DNA from: Raillietiella orientalis
Taxonomy: Eukaryota
DNA: 64,000 bases
Reading direction: 5' to 3'
NCBI GenBank assembly: GCA_036172245.1
Contig: JAYWIR010000008.1
Coordinates: forward strand, 3,348,001-3,412,000
How positions within the stretch are numbered: the stretch's first letter is position 1; each line of letters begins with the position of its first letter. The position numbers and the translations under genes were made by a program. This document shows, in pieces, positions 1 through 13,616 of the stretch. The notes beneath the pieces are model-generated. The model had not been told where the DNA came from. It was given only the letters and a program-made list of their open reading frames with translations, and ran no database searches.

Positions 1-563
1 TTCTCCTACAGCACATCCCTTCTTGCAGGCGGAAACGATTCTGCAGCCTCCCTCAGCGTGGAGTCGATGCGCGCGACCCCCTATCGCTGTCGGAGCAGCT
101 CTGTCTCAGGCGTTGCGAATCGTAGTGAACCCCTGATGTGACGGCGCAGAGTTGGGGCATCGAGGAGGCAGACGAAAGTCCGTCGCGTGTGCGGCGCCAA
201 CAGGCAGCACCGCGCCAGGCGTGGTCCACCTGCTCTGAAGAACGCCGCTCCGTATCCGAAAACGGATCCGGCGGAGACAGACGCGTCGGCTCCTTGCAGT
301 CCGGAAAAAAACGCCTTCGTTGCTCGGCGATGCCGGCCCTTGCTCGCGCTTCTCGGGGGAGAAATCGGGCAGTGCCAGAAAAGCCACGCCTCGCGCTGAC
401 ATCCGCAGAAGGGTGCGAGGGAGCAGATGCTCCGAAAACCCTGCGAACGGCGAGTGGCGCTCTGCATGCCTCTCTCCAGTAAGGCGGAGCAGTTGGCACG
501 TCATCACGCAACAGGGAAAATCCAAGGCTGCGCGTCTGGTGGCGCGACTCGTTTCCCGCGAGC

Positions 564-1113
564 ACCTAATTGGCCCTGCCAGGTGTAGACCGTATTCTCG
601 TCTCGAAGGCTGAGCCATGATGTCCGAGTCCGCGCCGAAAGAAGGCACCAATGGCTCTCTGAATCGGCTGCTGTTCCTTAGATCGTTGTGCAATCCTTGA
701 GCTAAGGCACGTTTTCAGCACTTCGTCCTTGAGGGTGGAGGATTATTATTATTATTATTATTAGGACAGGTCTGATGGGTTTTCTCCGAGGACCTAGAAA
801 CTCTTGGTGACCCTGAATAATTTTGGACTGATCACACAGTCTCATACGGACGACTTTCCTTTCGAGTGTCCACTTTATCACCTGTCGATTGCAGGTCGTG
901 ATCCTGCCGTGGTTGCTATGGGCAACGGGAAATCGGTGTTCCCAGCTTCCGGAGAGGAAATCTAGGAAACGGCTACCGCATCCCAGGAAGGCGGCAGCAG
1001 GCGCGCAAATTACCCACTCCTGGCGCGGGGAGGCAGTGACTGAAGGCTAACGATACGGGACTCATATGAGTCCCCCCCCCCTCCCCTCAATCAGAATGAG
1101 TGCGCTCCAGATC
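564..1113 (+). pseudogene. Degenerate 18S rRNA 5'-domain fragment (orphan rDNA pseudogene)
   Basis: Decayed versions of universal 18S motifs occur in the right order: ACCTaaTTGgcCCTGCCAG (564), AATGGCTC...GTTCCTTAGATCGT (~650-687), GAAACGGCTACCgCATCccAGGAAGGCgGCAGCAGGCGCGCAAATTACCCACTCC (966-1020), AACGATACGGGACTC, GAATGAGT. There are many indels and an (ATT)n insertion at ~742-762. Confidence 0.85.
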
Positions 1114-1294
1114 TGCTGCGGCTTGAAATCGGGGCGAGCGAATTGTTCCCGCCGGGAGAATCCCAGGCCGATCCGCGCGGAGATAGCTGGCGCGTCCTTC
1201 GGTGCTCTTCGTTGAATGTCGGCTGATGGGCGGTACGCTGGCTTGGAAAAATGGGAGTGCTCGATACAGGCAATGGCGCCAGGAAGAATAGATC

Positions 1295-1567
1295 GAAAAA
1301 CGCGCTGCTCCCCCCGGGAAGAGGCCCTTCGGAGAAATCGGGAAGTGTCCCTTTGGAGTCCTCTTCGGAGGAGTCGTGAAAAGCGGTTCCTTTCCGGGGA
1401 GTCCCTCCGGAGAGAACAGGGCAAGGGTTCCCTTCGGAGTTGCCTCCCAAGAGTAAGGGAGGAAAGGACTCCTCCCTCCGGAGCGCTTCTTGGATTCATA
1501 GGGTGGTTCCTCTGGAGTTACCCTCCCCTATCTTGAAGAGTTATACGCTCCTTTGGGTGGCGTGGAC
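1295..1567 (+). repeat. Dispersed repeat family, copy A (GGGTTCCCTCCGGAG / GGATCCCTCC-rich)
   Basis: Colinear similarity by eye to 29610-30075 and to 32234-32764 plus 34404-34491. Shared blocks include GCCCTTCGGAGA..TCGGAAG, AGCGGTTCC, GAGGAAnGGACTCC, TGGATTCATA, CTTGAAGAGTT and GTGGCGTGGA. Confidence 0.7.
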
Positions 1568-1740
1568 GGCGTCAAAGATCTTCCTAAGCTCCCCTTAAAA
1601 GAAAGGGGGGGGGGGCAAACGGTTCTTCATCACTCCTTGACAACCAAAAAGAAAAAAAAAATGGAAGGAAAGCAGAGAAACAGAAGAACTCAAAGAGTAT
1701 TTCCATCCTCCTTGACCAATAGTAACGATCCCTTGGTGAG

Positions 1741-4700
1741 GTCGCTAGTGGCCTTTTACACCTGGTCACGTATGACCGCAGCAATGTTGCGTTCTTGCAC
1801 ACCATGCATCGCGTGAGTACTTGCACGATCTCGAACCGGAGCCAGTCATTCCGCTTCAGCGCCGCTGCCCAGCTGGCATCGAGAAAGGGGGGAAGGGAAG
1901 AGGAGGAGCACCTGACTGTGCTCATCGAGAGGTCCCCACGGTATCCCTTTTCCCGGAAAGAATCCATCTTTCCTCTGTTCCGTCTTGCGTTTGCTAGGAA
2001 AGACAAGAAAGGAGGAGAGGAGAGAGAGGAGCACGGGTTCTTGCAGCTGTGACGTCAGTTTTTCGGCATCCAGGTCAGAAAACCTCTTTCTTCTTCAATA
2101 GAGAACCGCAACTACTGGATCGGCGGACAGAATTTTACCCCCACTGACTGGAAATGGGCGACGAGCAAGAAGTATTTTTCCTACGGCAGCCCTGGGTCCT
2201 ACAGACTCCTCGGGTACCACATCCCGTTCAGGAGCCGGTGTGAGTCCCCACAGTGCTGCCTGGTCGCCTGGAAGTCCACGCGGAGGGCCCGAGTTGAATA
2301 CCGGGCCGTGGACTGCACGAGGAGGCAGGGATCGTTCATCTGCGAGATGGAAGCAGCAGGCAGGTTTCCGGGGGGGGGGAAACCCGAGGTGCCTCGGGGG
2401 GACCTGCATCGTTGGCGCGCTCCAGCCAGTGCGCAAGAAACCTTCCCTTCGACGGCGGCGGCGAATGCGCCGCTCGCGAGAACCACGGCGAGTTCACCGA
2501 TGGTGATGGGAAATGCGCTTGGGGGGATGGGAAGCTTGCGCGAGGCGTCCCGGCACGTCCCTACCTCTGCAGCAGGAGGACTAAACCTGGGGACGCTTGC
2601 CGCCGCCTTAAGAAACCCCGTACCCAACAGGTTGCGCACGCACCTGGGATAATCGCGACTGAGGAGGGCAGGGTGCACGAGCCTTGAAAGACCGACGAGA
2701 AATCTGAGATACGTCACGGATGTGCCCACTTTCCTGTCTCCCAGCGCGTCTCTTCGCTAGTAGGGGGATGCTCTTTCAAGACAGCGGACGCCGTCCCTCT
2801 CCTTGTCGGCGTCGGAATCGTCCGCTGCTAGGGCGGCGACGCGCCGTCTTCGCGTGGTGGCTTGGCGTTCGCGCTTGGCTTCCTTATGCTCCTCCTTCCG
2901 ATCCCCCCGTTTCGATGTACTGCTTGGCAACCGCGAGATCCGAACCGCCGTCCTCCTCCTCCTCCTCCTCTCCCTCGAGACACCAGTGTGAAGGAGGACA
3001 CGAATTCCGCCCCCGGTTTGCTCCATCCATTGTCGCGTCGCCCCTGGCAACTCGCTCTCGGTTTGGATCCTGCGCCACCTTACGTGATCTTGGGCACGCA
3101 CGGGAGAGAGACTTTCGGATTGATCTAGTCGGTCAACACAAGGGGGAAGCGAGGTCCCGCCTCTGCTCTCCTGGAAGCACGATCCGACTGCGGGATTGGC
3201 ACTCTACCAGGGAACGTTGCAGGGATCCACCAGATTGGTGGCAAATCCTTTCGACGTCCAGGTGGTGGAAGATGGCTGGCCAGGTAGGCGTCCGGTGGAG
3301 GGGAGACATCGTGGTGCAGCTGTCGTGCAGAGGTGGCCGCGAATCACGTTTTGTTCCTCTCCCGAATGGTCCAGCGGTGGTGGGAAAGATGCAAGAGACG
3401 TCTGGAGTGGAGCGGTCCTCTTCGTGAGCGGCGTTCCCTGCAGGAGCACCAATCCGAGCCTCCTAAAGGCGAAGGGAAGGGAGTGGAGGAGGAGTGCGCC
3501 ATTTTGCATCACCTTTTGTGGGAGGGAGCGCTCCCGACTGCCCCTTCGCCGCCGGCTTTCAACCCTTTGTGCTCACTCGTTCTTTCCCCGATCTTCCCTG
3601 CTTTCCGGACGCGGCGAGCACGAGGAGCAGGGAGAGGAACGACTCGCACGCGCTTTCCCCAGGTAGTGTATCTCCCGCCCGGTCGCCATGACCTTCCATC
3701 CTCGTCTCGCCCAGTGGGCCTCCTCGACCCCGGTTGCCTGCTGCCTTCTCCGACTCCTCTCGTCTTCCCCGCGCTTTCTCCCTTCCGGCTGCTGCCGGTG
3801 GCCGTGGCCACCCGTGACTTGGAATTCGTATGGGAGAGGCGCCGCAAACGAGATCGATGTGTTCTTGCACCCATGTTCTTGTCTGCGTCGACGACGACCT
3901 CGGCTGCTTAGGGCGCAGGGTTCCTCGTGCGCGCGGGGATTCGGAAGCGCGCAGCCGCTGACCTCCGCAACCCTGGCCTCATGGATAAGTCGGCGTTGTT
4001 CCTGCCCCGTAGTCCTCCTTGTGGATCACGCAAGTCTCCGCGCCTCCCCTCTCCTCCCTTCGAATCCCCTGGACTGCCAGGTGCGCGAAGCCCGCTGGCG
4101 ATGCGACCACGTCGCCAGGCAGACAGTCGGGGGCCGACGTTTGCTGCAACTGCGCAGCGCCCTCCCGTGTTTTCCACCTCCGTGCCAGGTGGCGTCCTTC
4201 TCCCGGTCCCATCTTCTTCTGTTCCGTTACGGGGAGGGGAAGAGATCAGATCATGCCAGAGACACGTCGCTTCTCCTTGCCCTCCTCCCGCGGCTATCTC
4301 CGGCAGCATTAGCCATCTGGGCGGTGGAGTCTTTTCCAGGGACGATACTGGTGAGATCCGTCCTCCATATCCCCTTCCCTGGCCAGCTGTGGGAGAGTCG
4401 AATGCATTGTCCCAGGGTGTCGTTGGTGGACGAAAGACTCCCTGGGAGGAAAGGGGCGCTTTGGACGAAAAGTGGGCGTAGAGAGGGCGTCTTTTCTCCC
4501 ATCCATCCTCCCTTGGGGTGAGGAGGGGGGGGGAACCTCGCGTCATTCAGGAAGTCAGAGGCCCCGGAGTCGGCGGTCGACACGACGAAGACGCGTGCTT
4601 CGGGGGCGGAAGGGAGGGAGGCAACTGGACCTCATCTTCCTGCGGGAGAGCCAGTAGGGAGGCACTCCGCCATCTTCTGGCAGCGCTTCCTCATCGGGAG

Positions 4701-7700
4701 GAATTCTTACTCGGCCCGGGGGTCCTCCAGGTCAAGGCCATGCGGAACTCGCGAAGGAGGAGGGAGAAGGATGGCTGATCAGCTCTTTAGCTGGTGGCAG
4801 CCTCGGACTGCCGCTGCCGACGTCAGCAACAGCAGGCGATGCCGGATCAGCCCGCCGCGCTCTTCGCTTCCCGACACAAGAACGCTGCCTCCGCCGAGGT
4901 CGTCGGTGCCCCGACCTGGTCGTCTCCGCCGCCCCTTCTCGGATGGGAGGACCAGCGAGGTTGATCTCGAGGATAGGCAGGGAGGGTGCACTTCGAGTGT
5001 CGGACCCTCGCTCCGTTTCCACATACGAAGGTCGCACAAGTTATGTAATGTAACTTGACTACGAGTGCGCATTCTACAGCGTGCACGCATTCCACGAGTC
5101 AGCAGCCGCTCAATAGACAGGATTCACGTCGCGCGCACGAGCACAGTGCTTCCCCCCCCCCCATCTTGTCAGCGAGAGAACTTCCAGGGCAACGTGGATT
5201 TGAGGGGGTCTCAGAGGATGGCGTGTAGCATGAGAGAAGTCGAAGCAGCAGAAATACTCCTTGCGGGGAATCGCTGAAAATGAAACGAGGGAGGCACAGT
5301 GATGGAAATTCGGTTGGTGGCTTTCGCCCATTTTCAGGTGCCTCGTGACGCAGGACGGCGAGCATCACGTGACCCTCCTTGTCAACCGGCTCCTGTTCGC
5401 CTTCCGCGCGCGCGCTCCGCTTCCGCCGAGCGAACAGGAAAAAACCCTGCCCGATCCCGCGTCCTGATGCACCGGCGGTCACGAGGTCCGTCTTTCTCCT
5501 TTTCAGGAAGGGCGAAAGACATCCTCTGTCCCCGGGGATGGACCAGGTGGCCAATCTTCGGCTGCGTGCTCCTCTTCCACCGGCCCCAGAGCTTCCACGA
5601 AGCTCAGAACGAATGCGCCAAGCAGTTCTCGATGGTAGCCGAAGCTTGGACGCTGGCAGAAGAGGCTGCATTGGCTCAGCTCGCAAGCACTTTCAAAGGT
5701 GATCTCCGTTTCTTCCCTCCCCCCCCCCACGCACCTCTTGCTCACTGCTATCACCGGTGGCTCCAGCCTTGCGCGGGGTATGCCGTCTGAACGGTGGGTG
5801 ACACCGGCTCCTTCCAGGAGGGCTTTGGCACTCGTGCAGTCTTCCCGACTTCCAGGTTTCCTCCTCTCACTTCGGTCATGCGAAACGGTCAGTCGCTTGC
5901 AGCCCCCGCGATGGCACCGGAACTGTCCAGATTGGGCATGGAATCACCGAGCTGCCCCTTCGAAAAGACCCGCTGCTAGCCCTGCCGATGGGTCCCCTAG
6001 TCCCGCCTCACCTTCTGGCGCACTTGCGAAGGAGACGGACGCCTCCCTGCGCAGACTCCTCCTCAGGGTTCCTTCACTAGGCGTCGCCTCAGGGTTCCTT
6101 TCTCGAGCACGCGATCGGGCGAAGGACTCCGGAAGGCGACCCGACGGGAAGGCAGAAGAGCGGCTTCGCTTCACTCGAAGGAGGACGAGGGAGAGCGCTA
6201 GGAGCCCCAAGAGGAGAGGGATGAAGGGAAGATAGAAACGCACTGGGTCCAGGCGCCGCTCGCCTCCTCTTCGACCGGATGGCGCCAGTGTCGAAGAGCG
6301 GACTTTCCGCCTGCGCTTGCTCTCGAGAGAAGGTGTCGCCTCACGCTCCCCCTTCCGCTACCAAGGGAGGAGGGAACTCCTACTTGTTCCGAGCTTTCGA
6401 ATCCCAGATAGCAGGATGCATCCCAGGAGCGAAGGGAGCCTTCTGGCGTAGGGGTGACAGGGCTGTGGAGCGGGTGCAATGCAGCTCCCTCCCGGATGTT
6501 CTTGCCCTCCGACTTGGCTTTTGGAGCCTCATCTCCTGTCGCCAATGCGCGGAGTTCTCTGGAGACGAGTCCGAGACACAGGAGCGCCCGCATCGGCTCG
6601 AAAGAGGGCGTCCACCTTCGAGATCGACTTCCCTCCTACCCGAGCACCTTTCTGGCGCGCGACCTTGTGGAGGCTCTGATCCGGAGACGCCCATCCACCC
6701 CATGAACTCCCAGCGGACTTCCCTTTTCTTCCTCCTCCTCTTCCTTCCCTCCCTCTGCATCATCATCTTTTTCTTCACCTTCACCTCTCCATTTCCCTTC
6801 TCATCGTTCTGCCCCCCTCCTTCCTTCTGCTTTCGTAACCGGAGAAAACGGAAATTGACCGCTCTCTCACCTAGGGTTTGGGAACCTTGCTCACGGGCAG
6901 TAGCGCCGCCGCTGAACGAAAGAGAGGCTCGCTTATTGCTAGTTGAAAACTCACCTAGGGTAGTGTCCGAACATCCTCGAGACGGCCGTCACTCCCAGAC
7001 CGTGCCGCCGGGCTCCTGGTCGTTTCCACAGCCGACAGTAGTCCTCTGTTTTGTCTTCCAGTGAAAGGCCTGTGGTTCGTACCCAAGACTCCTGCCGGTC
7101 TCTCCAAGGACCCGTCGAAAGGGCCCTGCTGGCTGATGACGCCTCTGGGAAGGACGTCCGTGAACTGCAGCAAGACGTCCCACTTCCTGTGCAGTTTCAC
7201 TTCCGGTCTGTTAACCTTTCGCCCGCGTGCCCTTCCTCTTGCTGTTCCTTTGTCGGAGGACGCCTGATTCCCTTCCAGGGGAAGTAGTCCCGCTTTCTTT
7301 AGCGGGCGAGCAAGAGGAGTGGGGCCAGTCTTCCTGACCGCCGCGTTTCCTGCTGCCGCTGCTTCCGGTCCCCGGAAACACGGGAGTGGGTGGAAGGGGG
7401 ACTAGTGGGCGAAGGGAAGAGGAGAGATTCCGACCCAAGGGCGGCAAAGAAGAGAAATGCGCGCGACCGGGCAGACCCGACCCGGCCTCCCCGGACTTAA
7501 CCCCCTACCCCACCTTCTCTTCCAGATCTTCGGTTCTCCCTGGACTCCGGTAGGCTGTCCGGCAGTAGGATCGTGTGGAAGACGTCCTCTTCCTCGAAGG
7601 ACCCCCTGCGGGTGATCTTCTTCGTGCTGCCCACGCGCCAATTCTGGGAGCAGCGGGTCGCCCCGGGGTCTCACAGGCACTGCTCGCTGTTCTTCTCGGA

Positions 7701-10700
7701 GGTCGGGGGTGAGAATGGCCACCGGCAGGTGCTCGCGGAGCTGCGGCTCTTTAAGGGACAGCTTTCCCTGCTGGACCACCTCCACCGGGAGGGAGAACCG
7801 AGGGTCGCGGCGCGGGTGGACATCGGGACGTCGGTAGTGACGTGGGCCTTCTTCTCCGGGGAAGCAGAGGTTCACGTGGGCCCCGGCCGGTGGCTGTCGA
7901 TCGCCGTTGAGGTGAGCGCCTCAAGGGTGTCGGCAGAGCTGCGGGACGGGAGGCATAGGGCGCGGGTGCTCCTGGCCCCCGGCCCGGGAAACGAGCACCT
8001 AGCCGAGGCGGCGGCGGCCGTGGAGATTGGCGCCACGCACGCTTTTCTCGACTGCGCCGATGCGGAGGGCTGGGCGGTGGCGCCCTTTCCATGCCCTCTC
8101 CGTTCTGGAGAGGAATGCTCCCCTTCTACCTACGCGGGCGGTGCGAGCGGCGCTCACGCCCTCCTCGAAAGCGAGTGCAAGGAGGGGGACGCTACCGAGG
8201 AGGACGCCGACAAGAAGTGTGAGTCACACGCCTCTTGCGCGGGCGGCGGCGCCTGCGTCCAGCCCGACAGCACCTGCCTCTGCGTGCCCCCGCTCGGTGG
8301 GGCCTTCTGCTCCCGCGAGGACCCCTGCGCCCGCAGCCTCTGCAGGGGCAACGGGTACTGCGTGCGCGACGGCCGCCTCACCGAGGCGGGGCAGGGGGGG
8401 CGCTGGACCTGCCGCTGCTTCCCCGGCCACCACGGCGACCGCTGCCAGCACGACGCCTCCGCCCGCCTCTGCCCCATCCCGGGGTGCCCGGCGAGCAGCT
8501 GCTTCCTGGATGAGACTCCCGACGGCACCCTCTTCTCCGCCTGCACCCTGCCATCCAGCCACGGACAGTGCTCCGCCTGCGGCGACAGAGGGGTGTGCTA
8601 CCGCGGCGACGACGGGGAGACCAACTGCCTCTGCAGCTACCCCTACTCGGGCAGTAGATGCTCCGAGAAGCTCCGGTTCCACTGGTTCACAGGTGAGGGC
8701 GACGTCTCCTCCCTTTAGGGGGGATAGGGAGGAAATTAAATCACCGGAGAACTCAGTTGAACAGGGAAGAGAAAATCTGGATTCGAATGAAGGAGTGCCT
8801 GACTAGGGCTGGCTGAAGACTGAGATGGGTCGAGGTCGGGCTTCTCCCTGTTCCCGGCTTGCTCCTGATGCCTTCTCTTCCGCCTACCCCCTCGCCGTGG
8901 ACGCCGTCGCGGGGGACTTTGCAAGAGCTTTGACGGCACGCAGCAGCAGCAGGACTCTCCCGCATTCGTAGCACTGGGATATGTGGCGCTCCGGCGTTCT
9001 CGCGGAAGATGTGGCGGTGCCCACTGGCGAGCGACCGGCCAGTCGGGGGCGCTTCTAACGAGCTCTTCAGGGGGTCCTACGCACCGCCGTGGACGACTTC
9101 CCCAGCCACTCCTCGGTTTCCAGGCAGTCGCGGACGCATGCAATTTTCCGCGGCTCTCGGGAAAGCCTTCCCTTCCCTTTCCCCTCCAGACTTTTTTCTG
9201 CTCTTCCATCCCGGTGGGTACGGAAGCTGCGGGCGCCAAAGGGGCACCGTGCTTCAGATGTCCATCCTGTCGTCTACGGGAAACTCCCCGGCTGCTGGTC
9301 GGCCAGCTCCTTCGTTCAGGGGCGCAGTCGCGTCCCCGCTTTTGCACGGGACCCTCTCCCTCTGTAGTCCCCAGGAACTTCTCCCTGCGGCACGGCCTCC
9401 TCGGGCGTGCACCCGCCTCCTTCGCCTGTCCGCCCGCAGGGCAACAGGAGTCCCGCAGATGTGCTTAAGGAGCAGCAGGACCGGGAGGTTTCTCCAGGAA
9501 GACCCCGCCTGCGGGGTCCTCCCTTCCCCTTTTCTCCCCCTAAAATGTCGAAGCCGTGAAGCTGTAATGACAGCATGCCCGCCGCACTCAGCGCTCGACA
9601 TGGATGCGGATGTCCACTTTCCCCACCTGGAGTCCTCTAGGTTTCGGACTCGGTTTTCGAGGGCTTCCGGTGGGAGGCCGGGGATTGACCCTTTCTCTCC
9701 CCCTGCCTTTGGGAATACACCCCTCCGAATGGGGGAGTTCCTTCCCTCTGTCGGAGTCTTTGCCAAAGGTCCCTTCCTTCCGGCAAGAGGGACGAAGGGG
9801 AGGTGAGGGAGAGAGGGAAGCGCGTAGTGCCGCCCACCCACTCCCTTCCCTCCTCTTCGCCGCCACGAGGGACGACAAAGATCGTCCATACCGGAAAATT
9901 CCAGACAACCCGACGTTGACAGTGCTCCTCTCCCTCATCCGTCTCGCGACCTCGCAGAGTTCTGTTCCCCTCCGCTTCCTGCTTTTCCGGTTGTCGTGCA
10001 CACGACTTCTTCCGCCTTTCCTCTGAGCGTCCATCCGTTTGCAGCCAACTCTCGAGTCGCTCGCTCCCGGAAGCTGCTTCTCCAGTCCCTCCCTTTCTAG
10101 TTCTGGGGTGGAACGTCCCCGAGTTCGAAACGTTTGTGTCGAGAAAGGCATAGCACGGGAAGGAGGGGAGGATTCCCCCCTCTCGCCTCCACCCCCATTC
10201 ACCTTCGCCTTCAAGCATCCACTTCGAGACTCTGAAGACCGGGACGCGAAGAAAGGAAGGAGTAGAAAGGAAATGTCAAGCGCGTCTCGCGCGATGGGTG
10301 TGGGATGTAGAGGGGGGAAAGGTGGTCCCCACGGGGGACTCAGAGAAGTCACCATGAGAGGTCCACGATATGTGGGTGGATGGGGAACAAACAAAAAAAT
10401 CTAACGGGAGGGAGGCGTCATCCGAAGCATGCGCGGGTAGGCGATAGCACGCGCGCGCTTTCACCTCCTCGTACAGCCGGGTCCCTATCCGCGGCTACCG
10501 AGATCTCAACCGTGGGCGCAGGCATTCGTCCAAATTCTGTGAATAGACGCCGGATGGCAGTGCCCCCGTTCCAGTGCATCTGGTGTACGCCGTCACCTTG
10601 CCGACCCTGATGTCAGCCTACTTGGTGTCCGTCTTGATCTTCTGGCTTCTCGGGCGTAACAAGAATCACGTTCAGTTGGTGAAGAAGCAGCAGAAAGGTA

Positions 10701-10813
10701 AAGGGCTTGCTGCGCATGCATTCACGCCATTATGGGATCATGTTGTGGAAGCAGCATCTCATAGCAAAAACTGGATGACTGTTTTGGCATCCAGTTTCTT
10801 GCTTACCAAATGA
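1741..10813 (+). CDS. Multi-exon type I membrane protein: C-type lectin domains, LamG-like region, EGF repeats, transmembrane helix (5' end undefined)
   Basis: Exon ~2104-2360 encodes NYWIGG...WKW...C...DC..RQGSFICE (CTL). Phase-consistent GT-AG exons follow: 5507-5698 (CPRGWTRWPIFGC...SFHEAQNEC), 7062-7205 (GLWF...C...NCSKTSHFLC, rest of a second CTL), 7526-8692 (DGRHRARV LamG-like stretch, then EGF repeats such as CLCVPPLGGAFC, CRCFPGHHGDRC, CLCSYPYSGSRC) and 10575 onward (LVYAVTLPTLMSAYLVSVLIFWLLG then a basic stretch). A possible upstream exon ends at 1812 (GTGAGT donor). Confidence 0.75.
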
Positions 10814-13616
10814 TGGCATTTTTTTTTTCTGTTCGTTAGCAAAGAAATTACTGGATTCCCATTTTGCCGATGTCGATGCCAGCGATCACATGGACTCGTG
10901 GAAGCTTTGGTAGCCCTGCGTCCTGAGGCGTGATGAAGTGCTCCATGCATCGCAGTGATACCGATGCTGTGGGAGTTGATCGAGAGTGTTTTTGCCTTGG
11001 ATTCGTTCGCAAGGAGTGAAAGAAAACATCGTGTCCGCATCAACTGTTCGTCGCGCACGCACGCGCGGAGGTTGCGAACAAACACTGCTACGCGAGTGTT
11101 CGCATTGGTCTTTCAACTTGTCACGAGTGCCGGCTTCGTCTCTGCAGCAGAACACGCCTGAATTCAGTTAGATTTGACGGGGGGATACCCTATAATGCAC
11201 TTCCCTTCATTTGTTTTTGGTTCTAATGTATACTTCGAAGCCGTATGTTTAGCTGAATGAATTGATTTTCATGAAAGCAGTAGTTTTGTTTTTCTCTGCA
11301 TCCATTTTTCAGTTTCAGTTCACTTTTTACGCTCCGCACAAAGACTTCGTTCACGTACATATTATCACGATTGGTTCATTCTCAATAACGGGCAGTCCGT
11401 TATGATTCCCTCTCCCTCCCGCCCACCCCCTTTTTTTTTTCCAATTTGGTAAAACAAATTCTATACCTTGTTCTATTGAGTATTTGGTTTATTTCCTTTG
11501 AATGTCTACTTTTTCCTCTACTTCCTATTGAGGAAGAGAAGTGTTTTCTTCATTGATGTCCCATTTCCTCGAAAATTGCATTCTTCACGATGGTTCTACT
11601 TGTTGAGGCCTCGAAGGGCAGCAATATATTGCTGGACTTCGTGAAGGCGACCACCAAGACAGCGTCGCTTGTAGCTCTTAAAACCCTTATTTACACGAAA
11701 CAACATGTATTTTAATTTAGCAAATCCTATATGCATGCACGAAATATGCACTTGAAATAGGAAACGAGGTATCGACTTGTGTTTCTTGGTTTCGTATAAT
11801 TTCCATACTTTAAAAAAAAACAAAAAACAAAAAGAAAGAAAGAATTAATCAAATAGAAAGAAGCTCTCATGAGAAATGTTTTCCAAAAAGTTCACCACTA
11901 AAAAAAATTCACAAAAATCGAAAGTGCAATACTTGAAACGAAACTGACTTGGCATTCCTCCCTCCTTTTCCCTGACTCTCTCCGAAATTTGTATTTGTTT
12001 TCCACAGATATTCACCTAATTTTCTGATTAATTACGAAAGCAAAAACATACTTTCTTGACGAGAGTTGCTGCCTGTTTTAAAAAAAGTAATGTTTTGGCC
12101 TCCAAAGTCCAGCCAGGTTTAAATCTGCAGATATGAGCCTCTTCTTTACTTGATATGAGGATGAACGATGCAACAAATGAAAACGCATTTGATTTTCATA
12201 TGGAATATTTATGTTCCTTAAGTAGACTTAAATTTTATCCTTTCACAAAGCAGTTCTCTTTCTCGTTCGATTATTTTCATTCATTCTCTATAATATCAAA
12301 GTTCAGTCCTGAAGTAAACCGACTTGTTCCATCTTCACTGCGCAAAACACAGTTTATCCGTTGGTTTCAGAAAACATTTTTTTTTTTTGTTGCTCGTTGT
12401 CTTAGAGGTCTAATTTTGTATTTCTTTTTTTCGTTTGCAGTAATCATATTCACGAAAGCTACATAGACACACAGTTTTTTCTTCTTCTTCATTTTAGTAA
12501 ATAATCCAAGTATAAAAAATAAGTGTGCGGTAAATATTTCCAATGTTCCACTTCTTCCTCTGCGCTGATTCCTTTCGAGAGAGTCCAAGGGGAATCTCAA
12601 CACGAGTGGGCTCTGCATACCCTTCTGCATTAGTGTTTATGAGTGTTGATTTGTCTCACAAAAACGTGTAGCCACAAATGGGAGCAAAGTTTTAAAGCGC
12701 ATTCAACCCTGCTATGGTCCACTGACTCATAGATAGCATTGAAATACTGTCCAATACCAGTGCCTTCGAGCATTTTATGAACTCGCTGCAAGCCATTTGG
12801 GCAAAGATTGATGCAATGTGTCCCCAAAGACTGACTGTTTATTACTCGAAGACGAAAAATGAAAGCAGACAATTGGGACCGCTTTCCTCTTCGTGAGATA
12901 GCATCCCAAGATCTTTTGGTTGTTGAACTTTCTGATAAACCTTTTAGATTCGTCACTATCTCTTGCTTGGCGTACATAATGATGGAATGGAATGTATTGA
13001 ATCGCATACATTAAAAGCTGAGTTAAAAAAAAAACAAAAACACTACCAATTCAGTGGGGGCCATTTTACTATTTTGAATTCCTAGTCGTTTGCTGCCTTT
13101 TTATTTTGTTTCCTTTCCTTGCTCCTCAGCGTGCAGTATGAACGTCAAACGCATGCTATTTAAAAAAAAAAAGAAAACAAAAAAAAAAGACTTTCTTTGA
13201 AAATATGTATGCAGACTCGGAGCAGTGTAAGGATGTGCATTTCTGATTTAATTCATTCTCTAAATGCAATGGGACCACAATGTTGAATGTGGACACATTG
13301 AGATTCATGCTTTAAAGAATAATGAAATAGCGTGAGATGAAAACATAGTGACAAGTGCATGTGTAGCAAGGCTGCAGTGGAATTTGCGAATATTTGGCAG
13401 TGTACAGTATTTTCTCTATTAGCTGATTCAGAAGGCCTCTAATTGTTCGTCAGTCGTTCAAAGTTTTTTTTTACACCATCTTTTGTGCGGTTAACACTAT
13501 ATGCCACCCTTTCATCTGAATTCATGCAAGGCGTTCAGCTTGTTTGTCTTGGAATTAAGTTTTGCCATTAAGCATGCCATGATGAACTAATTTTAATGTT
13601 TTATTGACAAATAGGT

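Noticed and set aside
2720..10400. Many long overlapping ORFs in the GC-rich block
   Set aside because: The Arg/Pro/Ser/Gly-rich translations are expected from high GC. Only exons with domain motifs and consistent splice phases were kept.
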